Source: Mantamonas sphyraenae STR306 (lineage: Eukaryota > Protista > CRuMs). Taken from it: 64,000 nt of DNA. A model generated the notes under the pieces. That model worked only from the letters and a program-made list of their open reading frames with translations. It was not told the origin of the DNA and ran no database searches. The stretch's first letter is position 1, and each line of letters begins with the position of its first letter. Where the stretch lies: NCBI GenBank assembly GCA_026936335.1, contig JAPMXV010000049.1, positions 310,001 through 374,000 of the forward strand, read 5' to 3'. Positions 11,057 through 21,107 of the stretch are shown here, one piece after another. The translations under genes and the position numbers were made by a program.

Positions 11057-13219
11057 TGCTGGTTGTTCTGTGCTTGGTACTCTTGTTGTTGTCCGTTTGT
11101 GTTCCAGTCAAGGCCGGAAAAGTGGTTTCCGGAGTCGCCGCTGCTGTTGTTGGCCCCTGCTCCGCTGTTGCTTCGCATCGACGCAAAAGGATCCACAGAC
11201 CCAGAGGTGCCAGATGTGCCCGAGGTTCCAAACGAGCCAGATCCAAATGCGCCCCCAAATGTGTCCAAATGTGCACCGGCCCCAAATCCAGCAGACCCAA
11301 ATCCAGACCCAGACCCAGACCCAGACCCAGACCCAAGGTTGAGCGCTGCGTAGGGATCGTTGCCTCCGCTCTGCGAGGTTGTGCCGCTGCCGGTCATGTC
11401 CAGGCTAAAATCGTTTGTGGTGTTGCTGGTGGTGCCCAGACCCCCGCTGGTTGTGGATGTCATCGGGAACCCAAAGGCGTCTGTGCTACCTCCACTGTTG
11501 GCGTTGTTGTTTGTGTTGTCGCCCAACGGCGCAAACTCGTCAAACACGCTGTTGACCTTGGGTGACGGGGTGTTGGACGGGCTGCCAAACATAGACCCTT
11601 CCTCCAGACGCCTGGCGCGTTCTGTGGTCAGACCCCTGGGCCTGCCCTTGTGTTTGGGCCCTTGGCTGCCACTGCGCGAGGCTGTCATCTCCTTGAAGAA
11701 CCAATCGTCATCCTCGTCGTCCGACGCCTCCGCCGGCGCTTGTGCAGACGGCTGTTGTTGCTTTGCCTGCTTCTTGGTGCCTCCCGTGCTGCCACGTTCC
11801 TGTGTCGGCGTGCGGCCCGAGTGACGTTCGTTGAAGAAGCTGTCAAAGTTGTCCGTGGAACCGCCGCCCTCGAGTGCCTCCTCCAGCAACGCCGAGCTGC
11901 TGGGACGCGGGGAGTTGCGAGCCTTGCGTTCGTTGAGGAACAGATCAAAATCGTCAAAGTCGTTGGAGGAAGAGGCCTCCTCGTCCGCCTGGATCAGATC
12001 TTCGTCCAGCAGGTCGTCTAGCTGGGCCACCTTTGGCGTGTCGTCGTCGTCGCCGGCAGCCAGCTTGTTTGCCCGGTTGCTCAAAAAGTTGGCTGCCTCG
12101 TCGCCCCCGGGACGGATGGTGCCAGCACGCAGTTCCACGAGATAGGCCTCGAGACCCTCCATGAGCGAGGTTGGGGTTGTGTTGAGATTTGGCACCGAAC
12201 CGAAGCTGTAGGGGCTGACGTGTTCCAGCGACTTTGCAGTACGATACATGTCTGTAATGCCCCGATTGTGCTCTGTGTACCTCTGGTACAGCTCCAACGC
12301 ATGTTCGGCGTCGTTCAGCTCCAGAGAGAAGAAGTTTTCCAACACGTTGATCATGGCGTCGCTCACCACGCGGTACAGCTTGAAGCTGTGCTTGAGCAGG
12401 AGCACAAACGCAGCCATCACCGGGTCGTTCAGGTTGTTGTTGCGCACCATGTCGTCCACACGCACCTTGGTCAGCTTGTCCAGCATGTTCTGTACGTACT
12501 CAAGCTCGTGCAGCACCGTGTAAATCTTGGCCGTGCGCATACGGGATTTCTGCATGGAGGCAATGGAAGGGGTTTGATGTGTGTGTGCGTGTGTGTGTGA
12601 GCACGTGAAAGCGGGAGTCGTGGGTGTTGTTTTGTGCCGCACGAAAACTCACCGCGCCTGCCTCTTGTTTGGAGTAGTCACGCTGCAGGATCTGGTAGCC
12701 GTGGATGACCTCGTTGAGAAAGTCGACGTAGGAACGGATGAATGCGGAATAATCGAAGGCTGGATGCGCGAAAAAAGCGGTGTGGAGAACGGGGGGGGGC
12801 GAAGGAGATCAGCGTGAGTCGGAGGGGAATGTGTGCAGCCGGGAAACGCGTCCGTGCGGTTGGGCTGGCGTACCATCGGTGGACGAGTTGTCTGTAAAGG
12901 TGTCCAGGTCATTGATCAACGCAGGGGTGCACATCTCCATAAACACGTCGGAGCCATCGAGCATGAGTTCGTGCAGGAGCACAAGGGCTTTGAGAACAAC
13001 CACCCAGTCCTTCTCGTGCAAACGCTCCTTGAGGCACACCAGCATGTCCTTGTTATCTTTGGACGGCCCAAACGTCCAGTTCACCAGTCGTTGCACATGC
13101 TTGCGCTTGGGTTCCACCACGTCGTGGTTGGTTGCTTTCACCACTGACGCTTCCAGCTCCGAAATGAGGTTGGCGATTCCCACCGCCACCTTGTCCTTGA
13201 CAAACGAGGAGAACGACAT
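10771..13219 (-). CDS. ANTH-domain clathrin assembly protein (AP180/CALM/PICALM-like)
   Basis: VVKATNHDVVEPKRKHV, DWVVVLKALVLLHELM and YSAFIRSY motifs. Disordered tail with DPF, NPF and polyQ. Introns 12760-12873 and 12550-12652. Confidence 0.9.
11018..11060. repeat. (CTG/CAG)n trinucleotide repeat encoding polyQ in the ANTH protein
   Basis: Direct run of tgc/ctg units. Confidence 0.9.
11303..11335. repeat. (CCAGAC)n hexamer repeat encoding GSGSGS in the ANTH protein
   Basis: ccagacccagacccagacccagacccagaccc. Confidence 0.85.
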
Positions 13220-13473
13220 GTTTTGCTTGCTTTCAATGGTGTACACACTACCAGCGGTCCGTCCAGAGGGGCGCGTGTTTGCACGCGGGCTGTGGGACGG
13301 GGAGGGTTGGAGTAGAGTGGTTGTGTGTGGCAGCGCGGTTCGTCTCCTCTCTCAATCGCCACAGGGGATGTTGGGACATCACACAGCTCCCCTTGCACTC
13401 GTCCTAGTTGGACACCACACAGATTGTCCAGGTGCGAATGCGCGTGTCGAACCAACCACGAGCCCAGCCCGAG

Positions 13474-14720
13474 ATGCAGGTCGTGAGCAAGTTCTTCCGC
13501 AGGTTCCACTTGGACCCGCGCTATTCCCTGCTCACAGGCCGCAACCTGCAGCTGTTGCGCGAGGTGAGTTGCACCAAGAGACGCTAGACTGCTGGCTGCT
13601 GATGTGTCCATGCTCACACGCGCGATGGGACCGACCTTTGCTTGGTTGCAGTTCTTTGCACTCCTCGACGTGCGCCAGAACGAGTCTCTGGACGACTTGC
13701 AGTTTCTGGCCCTCATGCAGCAGATCACAGGTAGGCGTATTCACAGAGACATGTGTCCACGTATCCATCGATCAAAAGCTGTGCCGCGTGCGAGGACGCT
13801 GACCCACGGCCGTTTCCTGCCCGTTGCTGTGCAGATCTGCCAGAAAAGTCCATTTACCTTGTGTTTGACATGTTTGACGTCGACAACTCGGGCAGCATCG
13901 AGTTTGACGAGTTTTATTTATTGAGCTGCATGCTGATTGCAGTCAAGGTGAGTGCTGACACAGGCGTGGCGCTTGTGCTTGTGCTTGTGCTTGTGCTTCC
14001 TGCACCCACCACGTGCGCTGACTCCGCTTCTCCCCGTCTCTCTGCCAGGACAATGAGGTGAAGCAGTTCCTGTTTCGCCATTGGCGCACGTGCTTCGAGC
14101 TTCTGGACGACGACGGCTCGCAAAGCATCTCTCTGGACGAGTTTATGCAGTTTGGTTACATCTTCAACTTCAGCAAGAAGGCGGTGCAGGAAATCTTCAA
14201 CGAGTTTGACGTGGACCGCTCACAGGAGCTGGATTACGACGAATTTCGCATGTTCAGCTTTGCATGCATCGATCGAGAGCGCCAAATCGAAGAGGAGAAG
14301 CGAGCCAAGGCTCTGGAGCGGCTGAACAATCCGCGCTTTGGCCGCCTTCGCCGTCTTGTGCGCCGCAAGGACGACGAAGTGGTCGGCGGCGCCCTGTCGT
14401 TCCTCAGTGAAGAAGGCGTCATGATGGGGCTGGGTCTCAAGGGCAAGGACGTGCTTGTGGACGCCCAGCAAGTGCAGGAGGAGGTTGTATTGGGTGAGGG
14501 TCTCGAAGGGGCAGGAGACAGCGACACGGGGGATGAGCACGACGACGGCGCATCGACAACGCACTCACGCAGGGACAAGGGCAAGGGAAAAGCGGTGGAG
14601 CATGGTCAGTCGGACACTGTGGACGATGCACCCGCACGGACCATTGCCAAGTCGGCAAGTGTGGACCGGAGGAATGCCAAGGAGGAAGAGGCAGGAGATG
14701 GATGGTGCAGCATTGCGTGA
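13474..14720 (+). CDS. EFCAB9: EF-hand Ca2+-binding protein, EFCAB9-like, with an acidic extension ending in a CaaX-like motif (CSIA)
   Basis: Introns 13564-13651, 13731-13834 and 13948-14048 give HLDPRYSLLTGRN..FFALLDV..DLPEKSIYLVFDMFD..EFYLLSCMLIA..QFLFRHWRTCFELLD..EIFNEFDV..LDYDEFRMF, collinear with EFCAB9 as I recall it. Three DxDxS-type EF loops. Confidence 0.82.
13971..13998. repeat. (GCTTGT)n intronic microsatellite in EFCAB9 intron 3
   Basis: gcttgtgcttgtgcttgtgcttgtgctt. Confidence 0.85.
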
Positions 14721-14792
14721 GGAAGCACGCATGGCATGTGACACAATGAACTGTCCAGCATTTGTTGATTCGTTGGATGGTGCCAATGCCGC

Positions 14793-16219
14793 TCATCCAG
14801 TGTACGACGTGGGCACATACCCGGTTGTGCCAGTGTGGTCCTCACAGGTGACCCACTGGCCATCGTCGCCCTTTGCATACAGCAGCTGGTTGGGTGAGAC
14901 GGAGAAGCCGTTGTCGTCGGTGTACTCGTACAGCGCACGCACGGACGAGGCCTCGACAGTGTAGTTGCTTGGGAAGGAGCCTACGCCGCGTGCACTGACC
15001 CCAGTCCACCAATCGCTGCTCTGGTCCTGCACAAACACCACGTCACCCACCTGCAACGACAGTTCCGCCTCACCCTGTGCCTCAAACGCATACTCTGCGG
15101 TCACCACAGCCACAAACTCGGACGGCAGCACGGGCGCAGCGCCTCCAAACCCGCCGCCGCCACCGCCGCCGTATCCACTGCTGTTGTCGTATCCTCCTCC
15201 ACCATAGCCGCTGTTCTCGTAGCCTCCACCGTAGCCACTGTTGTCGTAGCCACTGTAGCCACTGTTGTCGTAGCGTAGCCGCCGTCGTAGCTGTAGTCGT
15301 CGTTTGCATCCTCGTTGGAATCCTCCCACTTCTCCAGGTAGGCAGCTGGAACAAAACCCGTGGCACCCGTGCCGTGGTTGCTTGCGGTCCACCAGCCTTC
15401 GATGGTGTCGTCCTCGACCAGAAGCACGTCGCCCTCGCCAAAGGACAGCTCCTGGTTGTTGGTGGCGGCAAAGTCGTACAACGCCACGTAGTACACCGCA
15501 TTCGTGGTGTCCACACTCTGCTTTTCTTGCGAGTATGAGCTGCTGGTTTGCCGTTCCGAGGAAAACTCGGCGCCTCGTTGCGGCACACTGGGCGCCTTCT
15601 GCTCGACCAGCTCCACGTATTCGGCCGGGAACATGCCCGTCAGCGTGTTCAGCTTGCCCTTGAGCCAGCCGTCGCCGTCGTCACGCGTAATGCTGATGAT
15701 GTCGCCCTTCTTAAAGGACAAGTCACCCTCTCGCTCGCCCGTGTAATCGTACAGGGCAATGCCCACGGCAATTGCGCGTTGGTTGACTCCCGATTCACTG
15801 GGCGGCGGCCTGTGGTGGCCCTTGTCGTCCATGTCCAGCCATGAGCGCAGCGCAGGCGCCTCTGCCAGCACCTCTGGCGTTGCCAGGTTCTGCAGGTACT
15901 GTCGAAGCAAGATCTTACGGTTGTCCAGGTGCTCGGCGTCGAATTTGTTCAGCAGCTTGCTCTTGGGCAATTTGTTCTTGGGCTTGAACTTGGGTCGCAG
16001 CTTGTCGTCCAGCCACTTGAAGTCGCCGTACGTGCGCTTCACAATCCACTTGTCGTCCTTGCTACGCCGGATTTGCACCAGGAAGAACACACGCTTGTGC
16101 CGCTTCGACACCTTCTTCACCTGGTAGTTGTCCACGCTAAACTCCAGCGACAGGAAGCATTTCGGGTCCGCGTCCACAATGGGTCCACGGTCCTTGTACT
16201 TGGCTCCAAACTCGGACAT
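14793..16219 (-). CDS. PX-domain protein with four SH3 domains (frame break at ~15273)
   Basis: PX motifs WIVKRTYGDFKWLD and RKILLRQYLQ. SH3 motifs ALYDY..DLSF..GW..GMFPAEYV, ALYDF..ELSF..GWW..GFVPAAYL, AEYAF..ELSL..DWW..GSFPSNY and ALYEY..GYVPTSY. YDNSGY repeats lie across the break. Confidence 0.88.
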
Positions 16220-16349
16220 GATCACGCTGATACGGTGCGCCTGGGACGGACGTAGGCTGAGCAGAGAAGGTGAAGCCGAGAGGGAAAAAAAGATGTGGAG
16301 GAGCCCGGGCGTGGCCAACCCATTGCATCTGCTCACGCAACCTTGCCCC

Positions 16350-17444
16350 ATGCCTCAAGTGAGCCAGGATGAGCTGTTGCTGGAGCTCTTGGAACGTGTG
16401 CAAGCACACGAGCCTGTGCGGAGGCCAAAGCGTGATGCACAGAACAAGGTGCTGGGAAGGGCTTCGGTGGTGCTCATGCTGCGCTGGGTGTGCGACAGCA
16501 ACATCGACGGCGAAAGCAAGGAGCAACGCCGCCTGGACAACGTCTCCGAATGGATCGGAGGCCGACCCGAAGGTCATGCCGAACTGCTCTTTGTTCGCCG
16601 CTCCGTGTACCAAGGCGACCGTTGGTCGGGTCACGTGGCATTCCCCGGTGGCAAGCAAGACCCTGAGGACGAGATGGATGACCATGTGACGGCTGTGCGG
16701 GAGGTGTACGAAGAGCTCGGCGTCGATTTGACGGACGAGACGCAGTGGGCTCACGTCGGCCAACTGAACGAGCGCATGCTACACAGCAGCCAGAAAATCG
16801 ATGCGTTGTGTCCATTTGTATATTTGTGGGTGGGCAGCACACAGGAGGCGCCGCCGTTGCAGGCCAACGAGGAGCTGGCTGGCTTCCGCTGGGTTCCACT
16901 TGGCTTCCTGGTCGACTCGCAGCTCCAACTTGGCGAATTCCACGTGTCCATGGCGCCGTACCTGCGTGTGCCTCGCTGGGCCCAGCGTAGCATCCAGCAC
17001 ACTCTGGCGTTCATGGGCATGGATCCGGTGATGTGTCCCATGCTTCTGTTGCCCAACACCAAGCAGTGGCTGTCCACACACCACCCGGAACCACCCCGCC
17101 TCAGTGTGGATTCACACAAGGATGTGCCTGTCAATCCTGCCATCTACCACGATCCATCCGAGTTTGCAGCGCGCATGAGCCGCGGCGAGTACGACCAGGA
17201 CCACAACCCTGTGCCCTACCCTCTCTGGGGCCTGACTTTTGGCGTTGTTTCTGACCTGTGTGAACTGCTTGGCGAGCCCCTCGGTGCCAAGCATCGCTTC
17301 TACTTTCCGCACAGCCGTCTCCTGAACATGCTTGTCCACCTGCCCCGCTGGCAGCTCGTGACCGTGCTCCTCCTCACCGCCCTCCTGCTTCTGCTCATCA
17401 CAGTTCTCTTCACTGCTTCCATGCTCAAGCGATTGCCCTCGTGA
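16350..17444 (+). CDS. Nudix hydrolase (NUDT7/NUDT8/Pcd1 CoA-diphosphatase-like) with a C-terminal TM helix
   Basis: WSGHVAFPGGKQD..TAVREVYEELG Nudix box, LWGLT motif, hydrophobic C-terminus. Confidence 0.85.
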   Translation: MPQVSQDELLLELLERVQAHEPVRRPKRDAQNKVLGRASVVLMLRWVCDSNIDGESKEQRRLDNVSEWIGGRPEGHAELLFVRRSVYQGDRWSGHVAFPGGKQDPEDEMDDHVTAVREVYEELGVDLTDETQWAHVGQLNERMLHSSQKIDALCPFVYLWVGSTQEAPPLQANEELAGFRWVPLGFLVDSQLQLGEFHVSMAPYLRVPRWAQRSIQHTLAFMGMDPVMCPMLLLPNTKQWLSTHHPEPPRLSVDSHKDVPVNPAIYHDPSEFAARMSRGEYDQDHNPVPYPLWGLTFGVVSDLCELLGEPLGAKHRFYFPHSRLLNMLVHLPRWQLVTVLLLTALLLLLITVLFTASMLKRLPS

Positions 17445-17501
17445 GCAGGCGTGCACAGCACACACGCACACACACACACGCAGGGGAATGCAATTTTGGC
17501 C

Positions 17502-18149
17502 TCACACGCGCTGGCGCTTCTCAATGCTTGCTGCGTGTGCCTTTTGACGTCTCCTTTTCTTGCGGCTCTCCTTGCCTTTGCTCTTTCCTGTACTCTTCCC
17601 CTCTGTGTCAACCTGCTCATTCCCACCAGACGCTTCTGTGGTAGCAAAACTGCTGCTGCTGCCAAGGCTGCTGCTGTGTTGAGTGGCCTCCCGTGCGGAT
17701 CGCCTTTCCTTGTGCCGCTTGCATAGCCTCAGTTCGTCCTCCTGCGAGCACACCCGGGCCTGAGACATGGGCTTCTGGTATCCTGGATGCGATTCATCCA
17801 GTCCACCTGTAGCCAGCGTGATCTGGATGCCGTACAGAGAGTCTTTCCCTTGCACCAGTTGCGTGAGCTGCTCCAGGCCTCCCTGACGCCGCTTGACAAT
17901 CTCAGCCACACTGATGGCCACCCGTGTGGCCCCTAAAAGCCCGCGCACCACACACTGCCGATGAGGGCCGTTCTGTTGCCCTCCTCCCAGCGACTGGGTG
18001 CTGGGAGTCGCAGCCTCGGCTACCTCCCCCTCGACTGTGTTTCCATTGCCCGTGTCTGCACCCAACTGCTTCAGCACTCGATCCACGTACGTCTTGACAC
18101 TGCCTGTATGGGACACACGCACAAAGCTAACCGCGTCGGCCTCACTCAT
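17502..18149 (-). CDS. Alba-domain nucleic-acid-binding protein (Rpp25-like)
   Basis: VKTYVDRVL..VVRGLLGATRVAISVAEIVKRRQGGLEQLT..IQITLA...LDESHPGYQKP, followed by a basic tail. Confidence 0.8.
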   Translation of the reverse strand: MSEADAVSFVRVSHTGSVKTYVDRVLKQLGADTGNGNTVEGEVAEAATPSTQSLGGGQQNGPHRQCVVRGLLGATRVAISVAEIVKRRQGGLEQLTQLVQGKDSLYGIQITLATGGLDESHPGYQKPMSQARVCSQEDELRLCKRHKERRSAREATQHSSSLGSSSSFATTEASGGNEQVDTEGKSTGKSKGKESRKKRRRQKAHAASIEKRQRV

Positions 18150-18224
18150 GGGTCGTTGGACGTGCAGCGATTGCGAATGAAGGGTGGTGCAGCCGCCGCG
18201 CCGACACGGCCAAGTGCACACACC

Positions 18225-21107
18225 ATGTCGCAATCCGAACAGGACCCAGAAGATGATCGCGACTTTCAACTGGCAATGCAGCTGCAGCGGGAGGAGCGGT
18301 TTCCGGAACGTAGAAGCCGTACGCCTGCGCTGCATCTGAGCTACGGCGGCTTGGCAGACTTGCAGTACGCCCAAGCAGTGGCAAGCAAGGCGTCGTCACG
18401 CAAACGCTCGCGCAAGAAGGGAGCCAAAGGGGCCTCGCGTGATGCAAAGCGTCATCCAGACGACAACGAAAAGCGCAACGAGCAGAATCGGGGCCACTCC
18501 AAGAGACAGCGGATTCTCGCGAAGGGCAACGAAATCACGCCGCAGGTCAACGAGCAGGAGGGATTCCCTGGCTCCTGGAACAGCCAGCGCCAGCGTGATG
18601 TGTTCTCCATGACCCCGCGCAACGTGTTTGACTACCTCGGTATGTCTCCTTCACCCACGGACGACAAAGACACACAAGCACCCAAGCTTGCTTCCCCTCC
18701 CGGGGTGCCACTGACACTCACCCACCCTTCATACACTGGCCCCATCCCACCGCATGCCCGCAGTGCGTACTAATCTGCCTGTTCAAGAGCTCGTTGCCTC
18801 CGAGGTGGACGAGCAGGTCAGCTCGCGGCTTCGCGACCCGCACACGGGCCTCAAGGTTGACACCTTTGACCTTGGCCAATTCGCAGAGCGATCCGAGCAA
18901 CTGCAAAGGTCTCTTGGGCAGGTCAGTGACAGCCAATCCGCGTCCCAGGACGCTGCTGGCGAGACCATGACGTCGAAGCACGGCGGGCAGGCCGGCCATG
19001 CCGCAGCCAAGGATGACTCCACAGCAGAAGCGTCCCCCACCCCCCGCACCTTTTTGGAAGCTGTTGCGGACGATCCGGTCATTCAGAATCACCTGCGTGC
19101 CCTGGTCAAACGTGTGGGTCAGCTGGAGGCGGCCAGCACCGCGATGGAGCTCGACAGCACCATGCCACTCGATGTCATTGAACAGGCACAGAACAAAGAG
19201 CACAAAGAAGCGGTCGCAAGGACGTTGGTGACCAAGGATGGCACAGAACTGCGCGCTCGCTTGGCGTCGACAAAGCGGCTGTTGGAACACGCAGAGCTGC
19301 ACGGCCTGCGCATCGACGAGCTGGAGAGACTGGTGCCTCCGGTGACCAAAAAGCACATGCTGAACAACAAGCCGGATGAAAACCAGCTTGAGGACCCGCT
19401 GAAGGAGGGAACGTACATCTGCACTGATCTCCGCTACTTCAATCTGTCCCAGCTGGGCACCTTTGATGTGGTTGTGATGGACCCTCCCTGGCGTGTGCGT
19501 GGCAATGAGCGACAGTTCAACGACGAGCAGCGGATGTTCAGCAACAACCGCTTTGAGCACGGATACAACACGCTGTCCAACCAGGAGATCCGCGATCTGG
19601 AGATCGGCCAGCTTGTCAACGAGGGCCTCATCTTTATGTGGACAATCAGTTCGCAGCTGCAAGCGGCATGGGACTGTCTGGAATCCTGGGGATTCCAAGT
19701 CATCGACCGGCTGATTTGGGTGAAAAAGTCGCAGCATGGCAGGCTGCACATCGCCCCGGGATACTACTTTTTGCACAGCACTGAGCTATGCCTGGTGGGC
19801 GTCAAAGCCCGCCGAGGGAAAAGGTTGCAGATGGTGCCAAAGGTGAGCAGCGACGTCATCCTCGGCACGGTCCGAGAGAAGGCTCGCAAGCCAGACGAGC
19901 TGTACCACATTGTGGAGGACATGGTGCCTGGAGGGCGCTACCTGGAGGTTTTTGCACGCAACCACAACATCCGCAAGGGTTGGCTGTCGATTGGCCTTGA
20001 GCTGGGTGATCGCCACCAGTGGATGCGCGACGAGGTATGCTGCAACTCCTGTCAGAGCGTCGTACCCGTGGGGCAGAAGCGCTACAAGTCCATGACTCAA
20101 ACCAACGTGGACTACTGCGAGCCTTGTGCTCGTAAGCGCATGGAGACACGCCACAGGCCCGCGGATGGCGGAGAAGACGCAGAAAAAGAGTCACGGTCGA
20201 GCGATGGTGAAGACCGGGAGAGCAGCACGTCTTCCTCTGATTTGTTGATTGTTGAAGAGACAGCCAGCAAGGAGGAAGAGACGGAGAGCCAGGCACAGGA
20301 GAGGGGCAGAGAAGGCCTGCCGAGCGACTGATGTGTTTGGACAACCAAGTCGAGCAGATGGAGTTTCACAACGGGTATGAATGCGACGGGTGTGAGGCCA
20401 TGCCGATCTGGGGCATCCGTTTCCATTGCAAGGAGTGCGATGTGGACCTGTGTGAGCTGTGCTTCGACAAGCGCGGCAGTCTGGATCTGGAGAAACACCG
20501 TGAGGTGGCGCACGACGAGTGGGAGGCATTTGAGAGCGCTGTGTACGGTGGAGGGTTGCACGTGCACCAAGAAAGGTGCCTGACGTGCGGAGCGCGCCCC
20601 ATTGTGGGCGTGATGTTCCGATGCCTGGAGTGCACCAACGTTGCCCTGTGCCAGTCGTGCTTCTTCAAGGAAAAGGAGTACCGCACTCACGAGAGCTGGC
20701 ACGAAATGGACGTAGTGGTCGAGTCGGAGGAGACCATCGAGGACCATCCTTGCAGCGGGTGTGGATCGTTTCCGCTTGTGGGGACGGCCTACAAGTGCCG
20801 CTCGTGTTTCGACGTCGTACTGTGTGCACACTGCCACGAACAGCGCGCAGTGTTGCCCAAAATGCCCTGGCACAAGCAGTACCATTCGTTCCAGGAGGTG
20901 GAGATGACAGTGGACGTGCAGACGCTGCCGAAGGACCTTGATCCCGTGGCCATCGAAGTTGCCGAGCGCTTGGGCACGACATCCCCTTCCAAGACAGGCA
21001 GCGGGAGTAGAGAGGTGGGCAGCACAGAGTCAAGGCAGGATGTGGGGACGGAGAGCGAGGATTTGACGGTGGAAGTTGTGACGGTGGACGAGCCAAGCGA
21101 ATCATGA
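18225..21107 (+). CDS. MT-A70 family N6-adenine methyltransferase with four C-terminal ZZ-type zinc fingers (probably AMT1/AMT6-7, MTA1c DNA-6mA clade); frame break at ~20300-20331
   Basis: Intron 18640-18763. MT-A70 motifs FDVVVMDPPW, GLIFMW, LIWVK, GYYFLHSTELCLVG, RKPDELY and LEVFARNHNIR.GW. ZZ fingers CNSC..CEPC, CDGC..CKEC..CELC, CLTC..CLEC..CQSC and CSGC..CRSC..CAHC. Confidence 0.85.

Noticed and set aside
15170-15300. Short spaced repeats resembling a CRISPR-like array
   Set aside because: Coding Tyr/Gly/Ser low-complexity repeats (YDNSGY) in the PX-SH3 linker; no cas genes, eukaryotic context.
18640-18773. Apparent frameshift between ORFs 17961-18773 and 18754-20331
   Set aside because: Explained by a canonical GTATGT..CTGAC..CAG intron (18640-18763).
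20329-20331. TGA read-through, selenocysteine or an alternative genetic code
   Set aside because: Downstream coding continues in a different frame, and TGA, TAA and TAG all terminate clear genes in this window.
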